Made by a program: the position numbers and the translations under genes. DNA of 64,000 bases, taken from contig OZ024747.1 of the NCBI GenBank assembly GCA_964016885.1, forward strand, positions 18,724,001 through 18,788,000. The letters are read 5' to 3'. Shown piece by piece: positions 58,106 through 64,000 of the stretch; within the stretch, counting starts at the first letter, position 1; each line of letters begins with the position of its first letter. Under the pieces are notes generated by a model, which saw only the letters and a program-made list of their open reading frames with translations, did not search any database and was not told where the DNA came from. Origin of the DNA: Eledone cirrhosa. Lineage: Eukaryota.

Positions 58106-61100
58106 CAGTATTTACGTATCGAGAGAGAGAAAAAAAAAGGGGGGGGGATAGGTGATACATATAGTTATTTGCCAAGTAGCGTATGCCAAAGTTGCTCGAT
58201 GCTAGTGCCGGCAATATTAAATATTCGAAGTGTTAATATTTAGTTGGCTAGAGAATTAGCAGAGCGTAAGCACGTGGGAAAGTAAGAAATCGGAGAATAG
58301 ACCGTTAAAACAGCACCTACGTACGTTTCGCCCAGTTGGGCTTCTCAAGGGCATAAATAATCAAAAGTGTTCCTTACATTGCTCGGAAAGAGTTTTGGGG
58401 GTTAAATCCACGTCAAGGTTCATTGCTCGCAAAAATAGCTTGTTTTGATTTTGCAGCAGGTCAAGGGAGGTAACTCTGGCCGGTGTTAGGGCAGTCTTTC
58501 CCGGACAAATTTTTTTTTATCGGCTACGAAATGAGGTTACAACCTTACCATTGTCGATACGCATGCAATCAACGCTTATTTTGAGAGTTTGTTTTGCTGC
58601 ATCTGTTTGTCTGAGTCGTTTGAGGCTGGGTCTGGTATGCAAGGATAGTTTCCTGGGTGTTCTTTTGCAGCGCCTGCCCGCCGGGGTGTTAAGACTTGAG
58701 ATCCGGTGCACGGTTTCACTCCTCATCCTTAACCCATCTGAAGAAGGATATTTTTAAGCGATGTGTACAACTTATCGCTGTTTCAGCTCTGCTGTTGATG
58801 AGCTCGTGGGGTGCAGTTATGATGTGGTAAAGTTCCATGAGGCAAAGATCGCATTTCCTCTTGAAGTTGTACGGTGCCGACCAGCCGACAATATCCCAGT
58901 GCGTGGAGAAGCTGATGTTTAAGTCCTTTAGTGATGTGATGTAGTCCGCGAGCGAAGTGGAGTGTCTTAGTTTTTTATTTGTGAAAGAGTGGAGATGTGT
59001 TCGAAACCTAATTTTGAACGGGCCGGAGGTAGCCCCTATATAATGTTTAACGCTATTGTGGCTAGTTATAATGCATATATATATAACCTTATCAGTCAAG
59101 CAGTATTCTCTAAGGGGGCAGCGTCCTCTATCGCGGCAGTTGCAATTTCTGTCGCGGTTCCGTCTATTTCCCACGGTAAGGCTATCATTGTTGCTGCCTA
59201 CGTTACCGCAGCTGTCGTTAGCACCATTACAACCCACAGCACGCGGGGTGGTGCGATTGTTATTCCGCACATCATGTCCTGCATGTTCGCCAGTCATTTC
59301 GCGGTTATGCTGGTTGCGTCTGCGGATGCCGTTTCCAACACTATTGGATGCTGCCAGGGAGTTGTTAAGGCCGATATAGTTATTGCCAGGTGTAGGTGCG
59401 TCTGAGTCGAGGTGCTGTGTCTTGGTGATCTTACTGTGGTTCGTTGTTCCTATGATAGGAACTATAGACTAGTTGGAGGCATAATTAATATAAGAGAGAC
59501 ACTCTCCAGGCTTATGGTATGGCTTGTATAAGCCCGTACTCAACTCCAGTGTCACGTCCAGGAAGTTGACAACCTTGTGGTTGAGGTCCATAGTTACGGA
59601 TAGGCCGTATGACTTGAAGAACCTGTGTATATTCCTAGGTTAGGAGTAGTAGAGAAGGATATTTTTATATTGTTCCTATTAAGAACTTTTCTATACCTAT
59701 GGTTGGGCGGGAAGTTCTTCTCTAAGGCTTCGAAGAACATCCGGAGTATGTTGGAGGCCACACCCCGAGAGTAGGGGGTGGTGGAACCATAGGACGTTAC
59801 GGTGGGGATTACGTGTCCTTGTACGTTTGCTACGGGTGGTTCCATCTAGGTGACCGCTCTTATGTGTGTTAGTGCGCAATCGCCCGTTCGGTGCCCCTTT
59901 CATTTTATGCTCGGGTGCACTCTTCCTACCTCTTCCATGTTTAAGTACAGGAAGATGTTGGTTGGAAGGCGTTGGTAGTAGGCCGTCGCCTTTATTGGTT
60001 TTTTAATAGGGGAATAGTTCGAGTAATCTACAGTGGTCACCGTCGCCGGGGTCGTGATCTTTAGTGCGGTTATCTATTCTATTATATCCGACTTCAACGA
60101 GGTCGCCGCGTGATCGGTTATAGGTATGGCTTACTATAACGTTCGTTTTATGAGGGGGTGGTTTCTAGAGCTAGCGTTAGGGATGTAGGAAATTCCTCGG
60201 TTTAAGCCGGCGCTTATCAAGGCCCTATTGTAGTAATCTGCCGCTTGGTTGAAGATATTTTCATTGGCGGATAGTCTCGAGATTCTATGTGAGATACTAT
60301 AGACTATGGAGTTGAGAGTCTGCTTAGGGTGGTTGGAGGCATAATTAATATAAGAGAGACACTCTCCAGGCTTATGGTATGGCTTGTATAAGCCCGTACT
60401 CAACTCCAGTGTCACGTCCAGGAAGTTGACAACCTTGTGGTTGAGGTCCATAGTTACGGATAGGCCGTATGACTTGAAGAACCTGTGTATATGTTTGTTA
60501 TGGTTCTCTATCCTACGGGGGCTATGGTTCCTAACGGTAAACAGGGCGTCGTCCCTATATACACCTCCTTGTAGGGCCGGTATCTCTTCACTAAGCTTAT
60601 GTAGGAGGTATATCCCGACCAGGTCAGTTGCTTGCGCTGAGTCACTGGACCCCATCGTGACATCGAAGTTATCAGGACGGTTGGTTCTGGTCGAGTGGGA
60701 GCCTTCGAACTGGATAATGGTTCTACGCGCCGCTAGAACTATGTCAATTTTTTTTTTAGTGAGGCTAGTGTTAGATTTAGCTAAGATAAGTTCTTTATTT
60801 AAGAGTATGGGGGAGATAGAGGCGTAGTAACTATCTATGTCAAACTGGATGAACTTCAGGGTGGCTTTATCCGGCAACTCGGTGAACCAATTTATGACCT
60901 GGTCGGTGTTGCCCCATAGGCAGACCTTAGCCTTTCTATTAAGCTCCAGTAGTACTCTGTCGAGGATCACTTTACTAATCTTACCTATATCTGATGTAGA
61001 GGGGCATATTAGTCTAATAGAGGGGCTTTCATTAAAGTCATATTTGTGATCCTTAAGAGAGAATTTAGGCGTCAGAGGGACGTACGGGTTAGTGTACTTT

Positions 61101-61490
61101 TCTATTTCTAAGCTGGTGACTATATCCTTCCCTACTCTATTTATGTCATTTAGGGTACTAGAGGGTGTCTTTTTGTGGTCTTTGTGTAGTTCCTTATAGA
61201 TGAATTTTTTATACTTACTCGCGTCCATCTTGTACAGCTTTTTGGTTTTGTCGGAGGTGACGAAGAGGTACGGGTCATTCTTGATCTTAGTAATTAGTGT
61301 ATCAAGGGACGTTAAGAATGGATTGCTGCATTAGTGTTTCTTTCTGAACTTAACGTTTTTGATCATTTTCAGTAGGTCCTCTTCAAAGGAGTCCAGTAAT
61401 GTGTTGTGCGGTGGGTTTCGAAACGTACGTAGGTGCTGTTTTAAATAAACATGTTTTAACGGTCTATTCTCCGATTTCTTACTTTCCCAC

Positions 61491-61526
<36 letters not shown>

Positions 61527-63420
61527 TAGGATGTGGTAAAAACCAACTAGATCATTACTCACCATAGTACTCAATATTTTGGGTAGTAGAGTGGGTAACA
61601 TGAAAAGATTGGGGTCCTGAATCTGCTCATATATATATATCATCATCATCATCATCATCATCGTTTAACGTCCGTGTTCCACGCTTGCATGGGTTTGGAC
61701 GGGAGTTTTCCCATATATATATATATATATATACACACACATATATATGTATGCATATATATATATATATATATATAGATGAGATTCTACAGGACTAGAA
61801 CTGTTTCATTCTTTAGAAATCATCAGATTCCTGATGATTTCTAAAGAATGAAACAGTTCTAGTCCTGTAGAATCTCATCTATATTAAAACTTTTATACTC
61901 TGCAATGTATTGAGTACCTTACTTACTGTGGTTACCTCCGATTCAACCCGGAATAACGTATATATATATATACACACAGTGTAAAGTGGTAGTGCTGATG
62001 TCACAATAAAATGCATCCATTTCACTGTAACTACATGCATACAAACATACATACATACAACTTATGGCTCTGTGTCCTATTTAAGCAATCATTATTATGA
62101 TGCACAACATTAAACAGTTGCATAACAAGCTAATATTTGAAGAAATTAAATAATTTCTGTTTCTGCTTTTAAATGTGATCTTTTTGCTTTCTTTTTCAGA
62201 ATTGTACCGACAAATGGTGCAGTAATATTTCTTGTACTTTAGGCTATTTAAAGAAAGGTGATAGTATATTAGTGCAAATAAGATCAAAACTTTGGACTAG
62301 TACCTTATTAAAGGTGAGTGAGTTGTTTGTTTTTCTCTACTAGCACTTCTAATAAATATTATACAGGTACAACACTGGTTTTCTGCCAACCAATGGTTAT
62401 GCACCTCTTTTTATCCCAGATATAATTCTTCCAGATAACAGCTGTGAATTGTCAAAGTCGTTAGATTTGATAGAATGCTTTGTAGTGTTCATTCTGGCTT
62501 TCTGCACTCTGAATTCAAATCCCACTGATGTCAACTTTGCCTTTCATCGATTTGAGGTTAATAAATAAAAAAAAAGTACCAGTTGGGTGCTGGGGTTCGA
62601 TTCTTCCTCAGTATCGTTTTCACACTTTCTCTCTACCACTGTCTCTCTGGAAGAAATTGGCTGTGTTCAGATATGAAGAGGGATGCGTTCCACCAGGTTT
62701 AAAATTCTACTGTGGGGACTATACAAATCCATTAGGAGTTACGGTTCCATACATATATACAATTCATCTGGTTGGACTTTAAAATTTTCTGTGATATACC
62801 AGACTAACTAGTTCATGTTATAATGTTACTGTAAATCATTAGATACAATTTTAAACTTTTGTGTCTTCATATTATTATAGATGAGTAATATGGAGAGTGT
62901 TTCAAGTGAATTATTATATTTTTTAAAAAAAAGTCTAAAGTCTATCACAAGCCTGGAAGCTTATCCCAGTTTCTTTGGCATTCAGTGACTGTGAATGTAA
63001 AAATTCCCCCTGGACAGGACACCAGTCCATCACCGGGTTAAAGTCCCAGCTACAGCTGGTACTCATTTTTCAACTGAGTATACTGGAGCAATGTGAAATG
63101 AAGTGTTGAACACAACACACAACTTGGTCCAGGAATCAAACTCACAACATTATGATCCAACACCCTAACCATACACCTTTATGAATTATTATAAATATAT
63201 ATAGTCTGGCAAAATGTATAATCTAATGAGTTTTGGGGATGTATCTTTACACAGACAAATACATAGCCAAAACCCCAGGACTTACAAATATATACAGCAT
63301 ACAAAAGATACTAGACACTGCACACATATTACAATAGAAACAACATCAACAAAAACTACACTGCTCATACTCAAGGCGCACAGAGCTGTGCTCAATAAAG
63401 CAGTAATGATGCGCAATGGA

Positions 63421-63451
<31 letters not shown>

Positions 63452-63580
63452 TATTTGGTTTTATTTCAGATGGAATATTTAGATAAACATCAGATTGTGT
63501 CCAAAGCTAAACTAGTCGTGACAGAGATTCCTTACAACCTTACATGGGATCCATATGATTTTCCCACAGCTTCTAAACTG
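1639..63580 (+). CDS. Integrin alpha subunit, probably PS2/alpha5/alphaV/alpha8 (RGD-binding) clade; partial, 26 exons in window
   Basis: Manual splicing of 26 AG..GT exons gives one open frame with FG-GAP/Ca-binding motifs ([60 protein letters not shown]), RTRPVV, RDKLTP, genu [17 protein letters not shown] and a calf-2 [16 protein letters not shown] and DDMYMGYS resemble PS2/alphaV-type sequences. Confidence 0.96.
1940..2424 (+). mobile_element. 3' end of the same L1/Tx1-like family
   Basis: WWTRLKGL...LINFFKFHL homologous to 4140-4340; (ATT)n tail; another 3' UTR copy at about 35470-35570. Confidence 0.8.
2429..2630 (+). mobile_element. tRNA-derived SINE family 1, (ATT)n tail
   Basis: A/B-box-like TGGCAGTATCGG and GAGTTCAAATCC; core GCCTTTCATCCTTACGGGGTCGATAAAATAAAGTACCAG resembles a Nin/Deu-type domain. 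Other plus copies at about 4661-4868, 9341-9500, 12732-12921, 35808-35972, 36505-36720. Confidence 0.85.
2640..4567 (+). mobile_element. L1/Tx1-like non-LTR retrotransposon remnant with internal deletions
   Basis: ORF1-like fragment with a degenerate zinc knuckle joined to RT ([27 protein letters not shown]); AATAAA and (ATT)n tail. Confidence 0.85.
6190..6612. repeat. Degenerate tandem repeat, about 45-55-bp unit
   Basis: CAGAC..TGAAGTAGCAGG and TTTTCTGGCCCC recur about 7 times. Confidence 0.6.
6809..6857 (+). CDS. Integrin alpha exon b ([17 protein letters not shown])
   Basis: polypyrimidine-cag / gtaag; [10 protein letters not shown] motif. Confidence 0.95.
8810..9170 (+). mobile_element. 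R4/Dong-like non-LTR remnant (restriction-like endonuclease C-terminus)
   Basis: KLLWNF..CNH...[19 protein letters not shown]...YQKL..E..RMW, with stops. Confidence 0.6.
14697..15395. repeat. Compound minisatellite: about 47-bp constant block alternating with (GT)n-rich tracts, 5 copies
   Basis: TACAGTTCAATAGACACAACACATACAATAACACTCACACACAT at about 14798, 14950, 15068, 15212 and 15352. Confidence 0.9.
15763..15861. mobile_element. Tc1/mariner-like MITE
   Basis: About 30-bp TIRs CAGAGTGTCCCCCAAAAATGTATACACACTT / AAGTGTGTATACATTTTTGGGACACCCTG followed by TA. Confidence 0.75.
16100..16480 (-). mobile_element. Old Penelope-like remnant (RT C-terminus and linker)
   Basis: IFNKA..Y..LANRGF...RKKPIIWF, then after a frameshift [10 protein letters not shown]. 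Confidence 0.6.
17894..18608. mobile_element. Head-to-head inverted pair of SINE family 2
   Basis: 17894-18244 (-) and 18264-18608 (+), nearly identical, 19-bp spacer. Confidence 0.92.
20330..20610 (-). mobile_element. CRE/HERO-like non-LTR remnant
   Basis: [25 protein letters not shown] and, in another frame, [14 protein letters not shown]. Confidence 0.55.
20697..22458. repeat. 1.76-kb GGT/GAT-derived minisatellite (18/29/30-bp modules)
   Basis: GGTGTTGGTGGTGATGAT(GACAATGATGGA) iterated. Confidence 0.95.
22461..22854 (-). mobile_element. Two tandem SINE family 1 copies
   Basis: Reverse complement of 2429-2630, twice. Other minus copies at about 8355-8588, 8622-8803, 9733-9843, 48014-48204, 49711-49898, 53131-53322. 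Confidence 0.85.
24324..24407 (+). CDS. Integrin alpha exon c ([28 protein letters not shown])
   Basis: tttcag / gtatgt; phase 1-1; DDxYxG. Confidence 0.92.
27833..27877 (+). CDS. Integrin alpha exon d ([15 protein letters not shown])
   Basis: tttcag / gtaag; Ca-binding loop. Confidence 0.95.
29058..29101 (+). CDS. Integrin alpha exon e ([14 protein letters not shown])
   Basis: ttacag / gtaagt; GAP motif. Confidence 0.95.
30086..30139 (+). CDS. Integrin alpha exon f ([18 protein letters not shown])
   Basis: ttgcag / gtaagc; GEQ precedes the FG motif in the next exon. Confidence 0.92.
30719..30797 (+). pseudogene. U6 snRNA pseudogene, 5'-truncated
   Basis: ACTAAAATTGGAATGATACATAGATTAGCATAGTCCTGTGCAAGGATGTCATGCTGATTCGTGAAGCATTCCATATTTT matches the 3' part of U6; ACAGAGA box damaged. 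Confidence 0.9.
32281..32333 (+). CDS. Integrin alpha exon g ([18 protein letters not shown])
   Basis: ttgtag / gtaag; YFG and DLNGD. Confidence 0.96.
32873..32969 (+). CDS. Integrin alpha exon h ([32 protein letters not shown])
   Basis: tttcag / gtaatg; GAP and EVGxVYIY. Confidence 0.96.
33290..33500 (+). mobile_element. LINE RT N-terminal remnant
   Basis: [27 protein letters not shown]. Confidence 0.55.
33923..34031 (+). CDS. Integrin alpha exon i ([37 protein letters not shown])
   Basis: ttttag / gtaagt; RFG and DINxDGYND. Confidence 0.96.
34312..34409 (+). CDS. Integrin alpha exon j ([32 protein letters not shown])
   Basis: aag / gtaagt; APY and GAVYVFHG. Confidence 0.96.
34588..34715. 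repeat. Perfect palindrome centred on (TA)n
   Basis: About 40-bp arms AAATCTGGCC...AAAGT / ACTTT...GGCCAGATTT around a self-complementary (TA)n tract. Confidence 0.95.
35574..35789 (+). mobile_element. RTE-clade LINE 3' fragment
   Basis: Near-identical to 46540-46758. Confidence 0.85.
35988..36428 (+). mobile_element. tRNA-derived SINE family 2, (GAT)n tail
   Basis: TGGCTTAGTGG A box, GAGTTCAATTC B box, CCTTGAGCAAGACACTT core. Partial copies at about 11030-11296 (+), 14056-14330 (-), 30540-30652 (-), 63830-63952 (-). Confidence 0.85.
37553..37643 (+). CDS. Integrin alpha exon k ([31 protein letters not shown])
   Basis: tttcag / gtatgt; [14 protein letters not shown]. Confidence 0.97.
38610..38655 (+). 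CDS. Integrin alpha exon l ([15 protein letters not shown])
   Basis: ttgtag / gtcagt; end of the propeller. Confidence 0.95.
40475..40785. repeat. Degenerate minisatellite, about 70-80-bp unit, 4 copies
   Basis: CACTTCTCTTGATCCTGTGT...CCAGATT recurs. Confidence 0.75.
41798..42000 (-). mobile_element. piggyBac-like MITE family 1
   Basis: Ends in AATGCTAAAGGG-TTAA; copies at about 1753-1943, 13890-14449 (interrupted by a SINE) and 29435-29655. Confidence 0.7.
42140..42426. repeat. About 38-48-bp minisatellite
   Basis: ATCTCTGTGTATGTATGTGCTTTCTT iterated. Confidence 0.85.
44133..44237 (+). CDS. Integrin alpha exon m ([35 protein letters not shown])
   Basis: ttaag / gtatgt; RPVV at thigh start. 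Confidence 0.95.
44684..44739 (+). CDS. Integrin alpha exon n ([18 protein letters not shown])
   Basis: ttctag / gtaagt; phases match both neighbours. Confidence 0.88.
45265..45413 (+). CDS. Integrin alpha exon o ([19 protein letters not shown]...HQAYLK)
   Basis: caaag / gtattt; thigh LD...RV...AYLK pattern. Confidence 0.9.
45888..46066. repeat. 14-bp minisatellite
   Basis: (TTGGGCAAGATATC)n, degenerate. Confidence 0.8.
46235..46758 (+). mobile_element. RTE-clade LINE 3' fragment
   Basis: [29 protein letters not shown]; (GAT)n tail; near-identical 3' piece at 35574-35789. Confidence 0.9.
46810..46941 (+). CDS. Integrin alpha exon p ([44 protein letters not shown])
   Basis: aatag / gtaaaa; RDKLTP and PIL motifs. 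Confidence 0.92.
48334..48401 (+). CDS. Integrin alpha exon q ([23 protein letters not shown]), genu
   Basis: aatag / gtaagg; CxxDNVCxPDL. An in-frame cag acceptor also lies 6 nt downstream. Confidence 0.95.
49321..49468 (+). CDS. Integrin alpha exon r ([32 protein letters not shown]...VKA)
   Basis: ttacag / gtgagt; calf-1 NxxEDAFEA. Confidence 0.95.
50554..50643 (+). CDS. Integrin alpha exon s ([30 protein letters not shown])
   Basis: ttccag / gtaagt; CDLGNP. Confidence 0.96.
50699..50957 (+). mobile_element. piggyBac-like MITE family 2
   Basis: TTAA-CCCTTTTGTTACCA ... TGGTTACAAATGGG-TTAA; relatives at about 28378-28592, 37790-37975 and 41110-41310. Confidence 0.7.
51758..51837 (+). CDS. 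Integrin alpha exon t ([27 protein letters not shown])
   Basis: poly-T ctag / gtaata; phase-compatible. Confidence 0.9.
52948..53037 (+). CDS. Integrin alpha exon u ([30 protein letters not shown])
   Basis: cctcag / gtgagt; calf-1/calf-2 junction. Confidence 0.92.
54036..54153 (+). CDS. Integrin alpha exon v (KSTPDQVIY...[10 protein letters not shown])
   Basis: ttccag / gtaata; SxPDQV and GPxVxHxYE. Confidence 0.95.
54417..54854 (+). mobile_element. Non-coding Penelope-like hairpin element A
   Basis: 172-bp inverted arms (54417-54588 / 54590-54761, 2 mismatches seen), about 90-nt unpaired tail, (TA)n flanks. Confidence 0.8.
54655..54717 (+). ncRNA. Minimal type I hammerhead ribozyme motif A (mirror copy on minus strand at about 54461-54523)
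   Basis: UAUUUUAU CUGAUGA AAGCGUACCAAA-GUUU-UUUGGUACCCUU GAAA UAUAUA UA^ AUAGAAUA. Confidence 0.82.
54891..55324 (+). mobile_element. Non-coding Penelope-like hairpin element B, diverged relative of A
   Basis: 169-bp inverted arms (54891-55059 / 55074-55242), 14-nt loop, tail homologous to A, (TA)n flanks. Confidence 0.8.
55131..55196 (+). ncRNA. Minimal type I hammerhead ribozyme motif B (mirror copy on minus strand at about 54937-55002)
   Basis: UAUUUUAU CUGACGA AGGCAUGCCAUAUU-UUU-AAUAUGGUAUCCCU GAAA UAUGUA UA^ AUGAAAUA. Confidence 0.82.
56164..56325 (+). CDS. Integrin alpha exon w ([19 protein letters not shown]...HLSK)
   Basis: tttcag / gtaaca; NxGxS and IxWP. Confidence 0.95.
57775..57840 (+). 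CDS. Integrin alpha exon x ([22 protein letters not shown]), heavy/light chain cleavage loop
   Basis: tttcag / gtaaga; RKKR. Confidence 0.9.
58313..58352 (-). ncRNA. Minimal type I hammerhead ribozyme motif, U3-A8 core variant
   Basis: Minus strand reads GCCC UUGAGAA GCCC-AACU-GGGC GAAA CGUACG UA^ GGUGC; palindromic stem III. Confidence 0.75.
58716..59297 (-). pseudogene. Penelope-type GIY-YIG endonuclease domain
   Basis: CNC...CPL...C linker, VIY...YIG.T...[27 protein letters not shown]. Confidence 0.92.
60134..61228 (-). pseudogene. Penelope-type reverse transcriptase domain
   Basis: [28 protein letters not shown] motifs; separated from flanking segments by stops and frameshifts. Confidence 0.92.
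61773..61958 (+). mobile_element. Short Penelope-like hairpin element C
   Basis: 54-bp perfect arms around an ATTC loop (61773-61884), CTGATGA..GAAAC core, unpaired tail, (TA)n flanks; homologous remnant at 53765-53900. Confidence 0.65.
62200..62313 (+). CDS. Integrin alpha exon y ([38 protein letters not shown])
   Basis: tttcag / gtgagt; calf-2 C-C-C pattern and SxLWxxT. Confidence 0.95.
63470..63580 (+). CDS. Integrin alpha exon z ([37 protein letters not shown])
   Basis: tttcag acceptor; SxA...PY pattern; the gttcgt donor is weaker, so the 3' end is less certain. Confidence 0.85.
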
Positions 63581-64000
63581 GTTCGTTTCTCTATATTGTT
63601 TTCCTTTAAGTATGTTTGTCTGTGTGTGTTATATTTCTTAACAATCATCATTATTATTATTTCATTCTAGGATATTCAAAGGCTTGACAGAAATGAATAT
63701 ATGAATCGAGCATGCTCTGCTAGATGTGTAATGTTACATAAGAGTTGATCCTCAGATCGGACCAAGGGAACAATGTTTCCATTGGTCTTTCCATTGCTGA
63801 TACTATATAGAGGTTGCAATTCCTGGTAGAATGAGCAACATGAAATAAAGTATTTTACTCAAGAACACAACATGCTGTCCGGTCCAGGAATCAAACAAAT
63901 GGCCTTATTATCATAGGTTCAACACCCTGACCATTAGGCTATGTGCTTTCACTGCATAATGTTAGTGTGCATAAATGATGTAAAATACATGATTTTAAGG

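Larger units (their letters stand above)
58105..61492 (-). mobile_element. Penelope-like retroelement, 5'-truncated and disrupted, with inverted partial terminal repeat, inserted in (TA)n
   Basis: RT and GIY-YIG ORFs on the minus strand; 58272-58330 recurs inverted at 61419-61492; (TA)n on both sides. Confidence 0.93.

Overview
Eukaryotic, AT-rich, microsatellite-dense animal DNA; the repeat landscape suggests a coleoid cephalopod such as Octopus (inference). The window lies inside one plus-strand integrin alpha-subunit gene. I traced 26 GT-AG coding exons (1639-63580; 2321 nt, about 773 codons, all splice phases compatible), running from the beta-propeller FG-GAP repeats through thigh, genu, calf-1 and calf-2. 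The N-terminus and the TM/GFFKR tail fall outside the window. Introns hold tRNA-derived SINEs, L1/Tx1-, RTE-, R4/Dong- and CRE-like LINE remnants, piggyBac- and Tc1-like MITEs, a U6 pseudogene and minisatellites. The most striking signal is a cluster of Penelope-like insertions in (TA)n tracts at about 53.7-62 kb. One is a decayed RT/GIY-YIG element; the others are short non-coding elements that form near-perfect long hairpins. Three of these carry well-formed minimal hammerhead ribozyme folds with compensatory changes. The integrin also has two polybasic convertase sites, one in the thigh and one in calf-2.
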